Source of the DNA: Wolbachia endosymbiont strain TRS of Brugia malayi
GTDB lineage: Bacteria > Pseudomonadota > Alphaproteobacteria > Rickettsiales > Anaplasmataceae
Assembly: GCF_000008385.1 (NCBI RefSeq)
Contig: NC_006833.1
Location: forward strand, 510,001 to 542,000
Direction: 5' to 3'
DNA length: 32,000 bases
Part shown: positions 1-9,346 of the stretch, in pieces
How the letters are laid out: each line of letters begins with the position of its first letter
Numbering within the stretch: position 1 is the first letter of the stretch
Notes under the pieces: model-generated
What the model was told of the DNA's origin: nothing
Database searches by the model: none
What the model saw: only the letters and a program-made list of their open reading frames with translations
Made by a program: the position numbers and the translations under genes

Positions 1-110
1 AAAATTCCTAATTCTGTTAACATATCAACAGCATGAATCATAGTGCTATAGTCTGATTCACTTCCCATAATTACAGCAACATCTTTTTTTATTTCCGCCA
101 TATTCAACAT
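1..110 (-). CDS. purE: N5-carboxyaminoimidazole ribonucleotide mutase PurE, 5' part only (gene runs off the window start)
   Basis: Minus-strand translation from ATG at 110-108 reads MLNMAEIKKDVAVIMGSESDYSTMIHAVDMLTELGI. This carries the V-x-I-M-G-S-x-S-D N-terminal signature of PurE. It is absent from the ORF track because it is truncated by the window edge. An alternative ATG lies at 101-99. Confidence 0.7.
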   Translation of the reverse strand, partial: MLNMAEIKKDVAVIMGSESDYSTMIHAVDMLTELGI

Positions 111-282
111 AACTTTCTTACTAACTAAATAGTGTTTCAGCTAAAAAGCAACAAATATTTGAATCATACTGTGAATATAGTGTATGACATAAAACCCTCC
201 CTTTAAATAGAAATTTCAAATAAGCATTCGCATTAGAGCACACAAATGTGCAAACATTGTAATTTTAGGGACCAGTAGCTCA

Positions 283-927
283 CAGAAACACAAAAAACTA
301 CCTAACAAACCTCGCTAGCCCCCTTATCCCGATACTGGAGGTATTAAGTTACCTTCAATCTGTGCAGATTAAAATAATAAAGTGTTATATAGTTAGCATC
401 TTATGTTTAATTTTTTGCACTATATGTACCTTATGTCTTCACAATATTTCTAATTTTTTACCTATATAAGTTGAAACTCGCTTATAAAGCGTTTAGGACA
501 GTATAATATACTAATTTGCAGGATTAGAGAGTAAATACTATCACCATAATATATCTTTTGCCTTTTTTTTGCCTAGTAAATTTCTAAAACATTTATGACT
601 AAAGGTTAGTTGCAATAAAAAACAACTAAGTCGCGATTACTAAGTATTTAAAACATAAAAAAACGCTAGTGTTTTTAAATAGATATTAACTAGGGCTTCT
701 TTTGTCTTTTTCTTACTTGGTGGATTTCTTAAATATTTGTAGCTGAAGATTTACTGACAACAGCTGCTTGTTAGCGGAATCTAGAGATACCGCAAATGAA
801 TCGCGGTATGACGTAGGGGTTACTGATATTCCAGAGCGTGATGCTGCCTTCTCATACTGGAAAACCATAGGATGATAAAAAATAGTAAATAAATTCACTA
901 AATAACAGTGTCACATACTGGAGTGAT
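283..927 (+). repeat. Modular non-coding repeat, copy A (long form)
   Basis: Aligns by eye with 7519-8105 and 17386-17815 (same orientation) and with the reverse complement of 26601-27127. The T-rich joint ttttgcctttttt + tagtaaatttct is present twice (about 553-600 and 700-760). The right-module core is ctcatactggaaaaccataggatgataaaaaatagtaaataaattcactaaata, ending in the box cagtgtcacatactggag (906-923). No frame is conserved between copies. Confidence 0.8.
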
Positions 928-1093
928 ATTATAGATGCGCTAGGATTAGGAGAAGGAGACACCGGAATGACACCCCCTGGATGGAAAGCTGAATGCTAAT
1001 ATCAACATTAAAACAATACCCTTTCCTAGTGAAAATCATTACCAAATTATAATGTTCGTACAGTTGTACTTTTTACCCTAGAAGCGCTAGGTA

Positions 1094-2125
1094 TTATTTC
1101 CATTTACATTCGTCTGCTATCATAACAGCCTCAAAAAGATGCTTTTCAAGCTCACTTAGAGGTAAATCACTTTGTGGGTAGTCTCCCCAAAATTTTAGTA
1201 TATTGGAAACCTCAACGCCTTCAATAATAGGATATTCTTGATTTTTCTTAGCATATAGTTCCTGGGCCTGCTTGCTTACTAAAAACTCCAATAAAGCTAT
1301 AGCATTTTCTCTATTTTTTGCATTTTTTGTTACTGCTGCACCACTAATGTTTACCATTACACCATTACTATCGTGATTAGGGAAGAAAACTCCTAGTTTG
1401 TTTGCAACATTCTTTTTATTCTCACGTTCTGATGAAAGGATTCTCGCAAAGTAATAGCTATTTACTATTGCAATATCTCCTTCACCAGCAGCTACAGCAT
1501 AAATTTGGTTAGTATCACCACCGCTTGGCTTTCTTGCCATATTGCTTACAATCCCACTGACCCATTCTTTCGTCTTTTCAAAACCATTATTTGCAATCAT
1601 AAAAGCAATCAGCGATCGATTATATGGACTTGTAGAAGAACGTACTAATATTTTTCCTTTCCATTTTTTATTTGCTAAATCCTCATAGGTACTTAAGTCT
1701 TTAGGATCTACTGATTCTTTATTGTAAACCAATATTCTCGTTCTTTTTGTGAGACCAAACCAGTAACCTTCACTATCCCTAAACTTTTCAGGTATAGCTC
1801 TTTTCAAAATCTCTGAGTTTACCTGAGACAAAAGCCCTCTTTTTTTTGCCAAAATTAGGTTCACTGCATCTGCAGTTAAAAATACATCAGTCCCACTGCC
1901 ATTTTCCATGCGTGAGAGCAGCTGGGAGTAATCGTCAATAATATAACGTACTTTAATACCTGTATTTCTTGTAAATTCATCAAATAGAGTACGTACCAAT
2001 TCCTCTTTACGCGATGAATAAACGTTTACCACTTGTAGGTCATTAGTCTCGTTGTTTTTATATAAAAAAGTAACGACGATTAATACAACTACTACTAAGG
2101 AAGTGAATATTAAAGCTTTTTTCAT
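1094..2125 (-). CDS. Periplasmic Fe3+-type ABC transporter substrate-binding protein (FbpA/AfuA/IdiA family)
   Basis: 343-aa ORF with an N-terminal signal/anchor (MKKALIFTSLVVVVLIVV). Family-typical pattern VNVYSSRKEEL...F...TGIKV...D...L..R...E.....DVFLTAD. Length is typical for this family. Confidence 0.8.
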   Translation of the reverse strand: MKKALIFTSLVVVVLIVVTFLYKNNETNDLQVVNVYSSRKEELVRTLFDEFTRNTGIKVRYIIDDYSQLLSRMENGSGTDVFLTADAVNLILAKKRGLLSQVNSEILKRAIPEKFRDSEGYWFGLTKRTRILVYNKESVDPKDLSTYEDLANKKWKGKILVRSSTSPYNRSLIAFMIANNGFEKTKEWVSGIVSNMARKPSGGDTNQIYAVAAGEGDIAIVNSYYFARILSSERENKKNVANKLGVFFPNHDSNGVMVNISGAAVTKNAKNRENAIALLEFLVSKQAQELYAKKNQEYPIIEGVEVSNILKFWGDYPQSDLPLSELEKHLFEAVMIADECKWK

Positions 2126-2254
2126 ATAAATAAAACAATTTCCTTCAACTTAGGATACCAAAACGCAAAGTTTTAGTAAATGTAAAATTTACTCAGACCT
2201 ATTTTGCTCCAATTAAGGGGCATCAAAATTATGTAAGAGATTTTACTACGTACT

Positions 2255-3532
2255 TTATTCACCAATACTATAAACAATATCTTTACAATTATGAGATTGA
2301 ACTACAACTTGTTCAAGCGTTAGGCTGATGCATTTAGCGTCTTTACCATGATTATCCTTAAGAACATTTGTTCTTTCTTGTTCTATTTTCTTAATGAATT
2401 TCTTGTTAACACTTTCTGTATTAATCTTTTCCTGAGAATATATAAGATTAGTGCAATTCGTTTTCCTGTAGTAATGTACACCAAGACATATGATTGATAA
2501 TGCAAGTATACCTGAACCTATGAATAACGACAACCCTACGTTATGAGTCAAAGGGTTCTGGTAAAATTTTTGCACATTATTAATGCCATCTATTGCAAGT
2601 AGCCCTAAGGGAAACGCTATATTTGCAGCAACTACACTAGTTAATAATGCAATGAATAGCGGCCTATTATTAATTATTGATTCTATTTTGTTAGCTCTAC
2701 TAATTACTTTTTCGCCAATATTAATGAAGTTATCTTTAGCTTCCCAAGCATTAAGTGCAAAATTTGAATGAGTGTCATTGCTATATTCCAGTCTTACAGA
2801 TTTTATCACCTTGTCCCTTGGCTGGCACTCTAACACTTTATCTAAAATTTCATTTGCATTCCCTTTTTGGATTTGATATTCTTCAGCGTCTCTAAATTGC
2901 TTTATTATATGAAATATAGGACTAACCGCAAACAATGAAGCAGATGCAATGACCAGTATAGTAATATAGAACGGGCTATTTGCAAAAAAAACAATAAATT
3001 TTGCTTTATCTTGTAAGTACACTAAAGCTAAAGATGTGCATAATATAATAGTATTTGCACCAAAAATTATAACGCCCTTCTGCTGCATGGCATATTTTAC
3101 CCTTGGCCAGACTCTGTTTGTTTTCTTGCCTGAGCTGATTAAAGGAGTTGTTGAATCTGTTTCACTGTTTTCAATGTAAGAATCGTCTTTCGGTGTAAAA
3201 GGAGTTGGAGGTGTGTCTGAACCATCACCGGGCTTGTTATCTAATAATCTTTTCCAATCTCCTGATGTTTTTTTACTATCCCAAGATTCGCTAAACAACG
3301 TTCCTTCAGAAGCTGATTTTTTTATCCCTGAGCTTTGATTATTTATTCCGCTATCCCTAGTATGATCCATTTCTTCATTATTTGATTCTTTTTTATACAA
3401 CTCCGCCTGTACACGCAGTGGCTTTGATGGTACTGCACCTAGTACATCTAAGATAGCATTTGCTGCCACTCCAGCCAATGATGGATCTGTTTTTGGTGCT
3501 TCTGCTGATATTTTATTTTTCAATTCTAGCAT
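2255..3532 (-). CDS. Hypothetical membrane protein: ~150-aa polar low-complexity N-terminus followed by two transmembrane hairpins
   Basis: 425-aa uninterrupted ORF. The N-terminus is rich in S/T/P/D/N/K. Hydrophobic pairs are VIIFGANTIILCTSLALVYL / IVFFANSPFYITILVIASASLFAVSPIFHII and LFIALLTSVVAANIAFPLGLLAI / VGLSLFIGSGILALSIICLGVHYY, separated by an ~85-aa soluble segment. I recognise no family motif. Confidence 0.6.
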   Translation of the reverse strand: MLELKNKISAEAPKTDPSLAGVAANAILDVLGAVPSKPLRVQAELYKKESNNEEMDHTRDSGINNQSSGIKKSASEGTLFSESWDSKKTSGDWKRLLDNKPGDGSDTPPTPFTPKDDSYIENSETDSTTPLISSGKKTNRVWPRVKYAMQQKGVIIFGANTIILCTSLALVYLQDKAKFIVFFANSPFYITILVIASASLFAVSPIFHIIKQFRDAEEYQIQKGNANEILDKVLECQPRDKVIKSVRLEYSNDTHSNFALNAWEAKDNFINIGEKVISRANKIESIINNRPLFIALLTSVVAANIAFPLGLLAIDGINNVQKFYQNPLTHNVGLSLFIGSGILALSIICLGVHYYRKTNCTNLIYSQEKINTESVNKKFIKKIEQERTNVLKDNHGKDAKCISLTLEQVVVQSHNCKDIVYSIGE

Positions 3533-3627
3533 ACTTACCCTCCGAAATTAATTACTACTGTTATATTGATTATACTATAGTTATTAAGATACAGTAAATA
3601 CTAATTTGAGAATAATTCTAGAAAAGC

Positions 3628-4422
3628 TTAATATAAGAATTGTCTGTCAAAAATTCTTTCATCTAGGGAATAATCCTTGTCAAAGAGCAGAGTAACTGTG
3701 TTCTCATGGTCTTTCTGCATTTTTATCTGTGATATGTTGTGAAGCTCCTTGTAATCTGATACTACAAGTGCTGGACGATTTTGTGCGTTGTTAATGTCAA
3801 TTTGCACAATTGTATCATTTGAGATCAACGCTCCATTCCAATGCCTTGGGTAGTAGCTATTAATAGAGGTCAGTGCAAATAAGTTTGAATTGAGTGGTAA
3901 GATTGGGCCACCAGCAGAGAAATTATATGCAGTACTGCCTGTGGGAGTAGACAATATTATTCCATCTCCTCTAAACTTTTCCATTTTTAGTTTACTATTG
4001 ATAGCAACATTCATCTCTACTATCTGATTTGCCTTTCTAAAGACATACACTTCGTTTACCGCTACATGGTGATATTTTTTACCACTCAGATCTATAGCTT
4101 CCATCTTTAGCAAAGTTAGCTGAGCTGAAGTTGCGTGCTCTATGTTATCAATCAAATCTTCGCTGCTACTGAAGTATTTATTCATCAAAAATCCAACACT
4201 ACCAGTGTTTACCCCATATACATGTATATCTTTGTTTCCTACGACGTAATTATGCAAGGTGTGTAGCATTAAACCATCGCCGCCAACAACTACCAGTAGA
4301 TCAACTTCAGATTTATTTTCCTCTGTTATATTGATAAAATTAAGCTTCTGTAATAATTTAGATACTTCCTGTGATTTTGGTGACTCAGAAGCAACATAGC
4401 CTATATTTTTGTATTTATGCAT
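3628..4422 (-). CDS. nadK: NAD kinase
   Basis: 264-aa ORF with the GGDGLMLH (GGDG) motif, the downstream NE motif (VNEVYV), and the glycine-rich TPTGSTAYNFSAGGPI motif typical of NAD kinases. Confidence 0.9.
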   Translation of the reverse strand: MHKYKNIGYVASESPKSQEVSKLLQKLNFINITEENKSEVDLLVVVGGDGLMLHTLHNYVVGNKDIHVYGVNTGSVGFLMNKYFSSSEDLIDNIEHATSAQLTLLKMEAIDLSGKKYHHVAVNEVYVFRKANQIVEMNVAINSKLKMEKFRGDGIILSTPTGSTAYNFSAGGPILPLNSNLFALTSINSYYPRHWNGALISNDTIVQIDINNAQNRPALVVSDYKELHNISQIKMQKDHENTVTLLFDKDYSLDERIFDRQFLY

Positions 4423-4453
4423 GCTCCAGTCTAAAACTTAAAGAGAAAGAAAA

Positions 4454-4666
4454 TTAGAAAATATTTCCGTACTTATCGTTAAACTTAGCTATTTTGCTAG
4501 TTTTATTTGTTGACCCACTTGTCAAACTTCCAGTCCATGCAGGGTGAGTAAGAGGATCTCTATCAAGCTTTATCTTATCTCCCTCCTTTCCATAGGTTGA
4601 ACGAGTTTCAAACTCTTGACCATTTGTCATGACTATAGTAATTTTATGGTAATCAATTTCTGCCAT
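4454..4666 (-). CDS. rpmE: 50S ribosomal protein L31
   Basis: 70 aa. DYHKITIVMTNGQEFETRSTYGKEGDKIKLDRDPLTHPAWTG matches the alphaproteobacterial L31 pattern (HPDYH..V.MTDG.E..TRST.G......L.D....HPAWTG). Confidence 0.9.
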   Translation of the reverse strand: MAEIDYHKITIVMTNGQEFETRSTYGKEGDKIKLDRDPLTHPAWTGSLTSGSTNKTSKIAKFNDKYGNIF

Positions 4667-4794
4667 TGCCGCTTATAAACTCTTAGTCAGTTACCATTCT
4701 AGTGTATTCAATTCGTTAAGTCAATTATTATTATTGGACATTGACAAAAGATAAATAAAGTAGTACTTTTAATAAAGAATCAAGAATTATCGTT

Positions 4795-5775
4795 ATGATT
4801 TTTGCTTTCCCTGGTCAGGGTTCACAGTTTGTAGGAATGGGAAGAGACCTATATAGTCAATTTTCCGTTGCAAAACAAGTATTTGATGAAGTAGATAGCA
4901 TACTAGGTAGGAAGTTGTCTCATTTGATTTTCAATGGTCCTGTCGAGGAGTTAACCATTACAGAAAACGCTCAGCCAGCTATAACGGCAGTATCAATTGC
5001 AACACTACGTGTTATGGAGCATGTGTTTGGTAAGTCTCTCCTCTCTGATCACGATGTTAAATATGTTTGTGGGCATTCAGTTGGTGAATATACAGCACTA
5101 TGTGCTGCAGGAGCGTTGACACTCGAGTCCACAGTCAAGTTGCTGAAAGCTCGCAGCGAAGCAATGCATAAAGCTTCTTTAAAATGTAAAGGTGGAATGG
5201 TTGCGTTGCTTGGAGCAGAGATAAGTGAAGTAGAAGATATATTGGAATCAGCTCAAATTGATGAAATTTATGGAATTGCAAACGATAATGGTGGTGGACA
5301 GGTAGTGGTAAGTGGTACTGCAGAGGCCCTTGAAATATTACCTGGTTTGTTCAAAAACTCGAGTGTGAGAAAATTAATTAAATTGCAAGTTAGTGGGCCT
5401 TTTCACTCATCTCTTATGAGACCTGCTGATGAAAAGATCTTGGAATTTCTAGAGAGCATTGACATAACTCATCCTTCAATTCCTTTTGTATCAAACGTCA
5501 CAGCTAAAGAAGAAAGCAATCCAGAAACTATAAAAATCTTACTTGCTAAGCAAATTGTAAGTAGAGTGAAATGGAGAGAAATGGTTTTACATATGGCAAG
5601 TAGTGGCATTAACGAATTCGTTGAAATTGGACCTAATAAAGTTTTATCTAATTTAGTCAAAAGAATTGATCAATCCATTAGTACAAAAAATATAGGTAGT
5701 ATCAGTGATATTGACAGCTTCTTTAATAGGTCACCAGTACTGACGGTGGAAAATTTAGAAGTTAGCTTAAGTTAA
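4795..5775 (+). CDS. fabD: Malonyl-CoA:ACP transacylase
   Basis: FPGQGSQ N-terminal motif and the active-site GHSVGEY nucleophile elbow. 326 aa. Confidence 0.92.
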   Translation: MIFAFPGQGSQFVGMGRDLYSQFSVAKQVFDEVDSILGRKLSHLIFNGPVEELTITENAQPAITAVSIATLRVMEHVFGKSLLSDHDVKYVCGHSVGEYTALCAAGALTLESTVKLLKARSEAMHKASLKCKGGMVALLGAEISEVEDILESAQIDEIYGIANDNGGGQVVVSGTAEALEILPGLFKNSSVRKLIKLQVSGPFHSSLMRPADEKILEFLESIDITHPSIPFVSNVTAKEESNPETIKILLAKQIVSRVKWREMVLHMASSGINEFVEIGPNKVLSNLVKRIDQSISTKNIGSISDIDSFFNRSPVLTVENLEVSLS

Positions 5776-5830
5776 AGCACACCTGTTTGATGTTATCACA
5801 ACTTGGAATAACATAGGGCGATACAGGAAA

Positions 5831-7336
5831 TTACACAATCAGTGAACTACCTGTCATTTCATCTGGTTTTTTAATTCCAAGTAACTGTAAAATAGTAGGA
5901 GCGATATCAGATAATCTTCCATCTTTCAACTTTAGGTTGTTACAAGAATTAGGGTATATAATAAACGGAACTTTATTTAGAGTGTGTGCTGTGTGAGGTG
6001 TATTATTTTTTTCATCAAACATACATTCCACATTTCCATGGTCTGCAGTAACAATTAACACAGCGTCGTTTATTTCCTTAACAGTATTCAATACTTTTGC
6101 AAGGCAATCATCAACAGCCAGCACAGCTTTTTTGGCTGCTTCCATGTTACCTGTGTGTCCCACCATGTCAGGGTTAGCGTAATTTGCAACTATCAGCGTA
6201 AATTCTTGGGAACGAATTTTTCCTACGAGTTTTTCTGTAAGTTCAAAGGCTGACATTTCAGGCTGCAGGTCATAAGTTTCAACTTTTGGTGAAGGAATGA
6301 GTATTCTTTCTTCATTGGAGAAAGGCTCTTCCTTTCCACAATTGAAGAAAAAAGTCACATGGGCGTATTTCTCAGTTTCAGCAATGCGTAATTGCCGTAA
6401 TTTATTATCTGCTATTATCTCTCCTAAAGTGTTGGTAAAAAATGCAGGGGGAAAAAGACAAGGAATCTGAAGGTCTTCCTTATACTTCATCATACTTAAA
6501 ATTGAGGAAAATTTTGCTACCTCAGTGTAACCTGTTTTGCCTAGCAAAATACTTGCCAATTGTATCATTCGATCAGCACGAAAGTTGGCTAATAACACCC
6601 CATCTTTTAGTTCTATGCCTTTGTAGTCACCTATTACTGTAGGCCTAATAAATTCATCAGTTATATTATTTTGATAGTTATTATCAATCAACGACATCAC
6701 ATTATTGTGACACGTTGCCCTTGCAAATGCGATAGCCTCGTAAGTTTCTATTGTTCTTTCCCACCTATTATCGCGATCCATAGCATAGTAACGCCCAGAG
6801 ACAGTAGCAATTCTTATGTCATTGCCTTTTATATTCTCTTCAAATTCTTGAACGCACTTTTTTCCTGAATTTGGCAGTGTATCTCTGCCGTCCAAAAATG
6901 CATGTATCACTACTTTGATTTCGTGCTGTGATATTTTATTTGCTAAAGTTGAAATATGTTTTTGATGCGAATGAACACCACCATCTGATACCAACCCCAT
7001 TATGTGGCACACGCCGTTCTTATCCTTTAGATCACTAATAAAACTTCGTAAATTCTTGTTATTCTCTATTGTTTTGATTTCTCGATCAATGCGCTGCAGG
7101 CTTTGCATTACCACTCTACCACTGCAGATGTTCATATGACCAACCTCTGAGTTGCCTATCTGACCATCTGGTAATCCAACATCAGTCCCACAGGCAGATA
7201 AACTGCATCTTGGATAATTAGAGCTAATATATTGCCAACAGGGTGGATTTGCGTTGCTAATGGCATTGTATTTACTATCTCCTATTCCATTCCCCCAACC
7301 ATCTAGTATACATAAAACAACTGACTTAAAGTTCAT
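5831..7336 (-). CDS. gpmI: 2,3-bisphosphoglycerate-independent phosphoglycerate mutase
   Basis: 501 aa. VLCILDGWG..., [17 protein letters not shown] and ADHGN motifs of the iPGM family. Confidence 0.93.
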
Positions 7337-7357
7337 ACAAAATAACAGACAAAAACG

Positions 7358-7429
7358 CTCCCCGGGCCGGATTCGAACCAGCGACCAATTGGTTAACAGC
7401 CAACTGCTCTACCACTGAGCTACCGAGGA
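7358..7429 (-). tRNA. tRNA-Asn (anticodon GUU)
   Basis: The reverse complement TCCTCGGTAGCTCAGTGGTAGAGCAGTTGGCTGTTAACCAATTGGTCGCTGGTTCGAATCCGGCCCGGGGAG folds as a cloverleaf. It has a 7-bp acceptor stem, anticodon stem TTGG/CCAA with loop CTGTTAA, and a GGTTCGAATCC T-arm. Confidence 0.93.
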
Positions 7430-7442
7430 ATAAACTGTTTTC

Positions 7443-7471
7443 AACTTATCATGTTGAGCATTAATTGTAAA
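7443..7471 (-). promoter_or_regulatory. Candidate sigma70-type promoter of tRNA-Asn
   Basis: The minus strand reads TTTACA-N17-TAAGTT, ending 13 nt upstream of the mature tRNA 5' end. tRNA-Val has nearly the same architecture. Hexamer matches are common in AT-rich DNA. Confidence 0.35.
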
Positions 7472-7518
7472 CGTTTTTTGTACTTTATAAGACTTTAGTG
7501 ATGTTATCTAAGCAGTTC

Positions 7519-8105
7519 ATAGAAATGTAGAAAACTACTTTGACAAGCTTCACCAGCCTCCTTACCATATCACTGAAGTTAGTTGTTTATCTTCTCTGTA
7601 GAGATAAACTACAAAAAAACTTAACCTCATGTCTCTTATATTGTTGCCTACATTACCAACTAGTGCTGTAAATTACGTTTGCTGAGCGCTTAAAAAAAAT
7701 GCCAACTGATAAAATGTAGTGAATAACTAGCTGCTCTAGATTTCTTTTGTCTTTTTTCTGTTTAGTAAATTTCTTAACGTTTATAATTTAGACTAATTGC
7801 AAAAGCAATTGATTTGCAATTATTAAGCGTTTAGAAAGAGAATGCTATATTTGAAGTCAAATGTAAATAACTAGCCATCCACAGGGGTTTTTTTGCCTTT
7901 TTTCCATTTGATAAACTTGTTAATGTTTATAACTAAGTGACGACCGTCATTCTGTCACTCATTAGCAGAATCTATGGTGAGGTACCACGAATGAATCGTG
8001 ATATGACGTGATAGTTGCCGACGTCTCAGCGCTTGACACTAACTTCTCATACTGGAAAACCATAGGATGACAGAAATAGTAAATAAAATTTACTAAATAT
8101 CAGTA
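7519..8105 (+). repeat. Modular non-coding repeat, copy B (long form)
   Basis: Left module begins agaaatgtagaaaactactttgacaag. The T-rich joint is duplicated (about 7741-7790 and 7880-7935). The right-module core is ctcatactggaaaaccataggatgacagaaatagtaaataaaatttactaaata. It ends immediately before the stop codon of the ankyrin pseudogene at 8106. Confidence 0.8.
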
Positions 8106-8995
8106 TTAGCTACTTTCATGATACTTCTTGGATGGAAATTGAAGCCCAGTTCTAGGCATGTGCACTTGTTTACACTTAATACCCTGAACTTTTTTTTGCC
8201 CAGTTACGTTTGGTTTATCTAGGCTGTTACTAGGTTGTAATACTGCATATGTGATACCACCAATAGCTCCAGCTGCCAATCCAGCAGCTATAGCTATACC
8301 GATTATAGCTAGTACTGGTAATATAGGACCAGCAAATACAAGTCCTGCAACTACCGCTATTCTGTTATGGTACTTAAAATAACACCAATCCCAACTGCTT
8401 TAGCAATTCGTTCATTTTCTGCATTGTTTTCGCCTTCTGAAGACTGTACCACATCTTTTACCACTAGCAGTATTATTGATTATGTCTTCAACTTTTAGTC
8501 CCTCAATAATTACTAGAAGCCGTTCTTTTATGTTTTCATTACCAATTTTAGGTCTACTGGAGTTTTACCCCATCATTTTCTAATGGAGGATTAGCCTTCC
8601 ATTTTTGGAATAGATCTAATACTATTTTTATGTAACCATTTTCAGCAAGCATAATGTAAAGGAGTACATCCATTATTATCTTGCAATAAATGATTAGCCC
8701 TTTTGTCTAATAGAGCTTGAACTACATCTGTATCTGAGTTACCATAAGAAATAGCCAAATGCAAGGCAGTGAAGTCAGTATTATTCTGCGCGTCAACTTT
8801 AACATTGCCATTTTTTAATAGACACCGAACTATATCTAGGTAACCATTTTTAGTAGAAAAATGCAAAGCAGTATCACCACCACTGTCGTTTATAATTAAC
8901 GTTATCCTTATGTCTAATAGAGCTTTAACTATATTTAAGCAACCATACAAAGCAGGCAAATGCAACGATGTAACTTTTCAATTATGACTGCCTTA
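8106..8995 (-). pseudogene. Ankyrin-repeat protein with C-terminal transmembrane domain, disrupted by several frameshifts/stops
   Basis: ORF 8642-8965 contains ANK repeats (GDTALHFSTKNGYLDIVRCLLKNG, FTALHLAISYGN..VVQALLDK, GCTPLHYAC). Downstream, other minus-strand frames continue with LAENGYIKIVLDLF... and a hydrophobic tail IAVVAGLVFAGPILPVLAIIGIAIAAGLAAGAIGGITYAV, ending at TAA 8108-8106. At least three frame changes are needed to join them. Confidence 0.75.
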
Positions 8996-9346
8996 TTGTA
9001 AGGTAAATTAATAATTTATATTAAATTTTTCTTTCCATTTCTAGCATACACCTTTATGTTTTGCTTCTAGTTTACTTTTTATTAAAGCAATGACATTGTT
9101 GTAAGTGTTTAGTGATATTACTAATAGTTTTAAGTCTTCCAACTCTAAAGCTATAATTTTCTCCTATCAAAAATAATAACATAGTTTAATTATTATGTTT
9201 TTAATAAAAAAGTCAAGGATTTATATTTTTCCCTCTACATACACTTTTTTAAACTCTTCCTTAAGATATCGAAAATATCTATAAATCACTACTTCCTTTC
9301 TCAATCCAGTTCTAGATTAGTAGAACGTTATTCAATGTTTAGATTG

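Noticed and set aside
553-760. Possible CRISPR-like or tandem array from the twice-occurring T-rich joint (also 7741-7935)
   Set aside because: There are only two units per locus and the units are divergent. The intervening sequence is homologous between loci rather than being unique spacers, and there are no cas genes. It is an internal duplication of the repeat, not a CRISPR array.
713-898. 61-aa ORF on the minus strand inside repeat copy A
   Set aside because: The homologous stretches of copies B and C carry stops and indels in this frame, so the ORF is not conserved. It is best explained as a chance open frame in a non-coding repeat.
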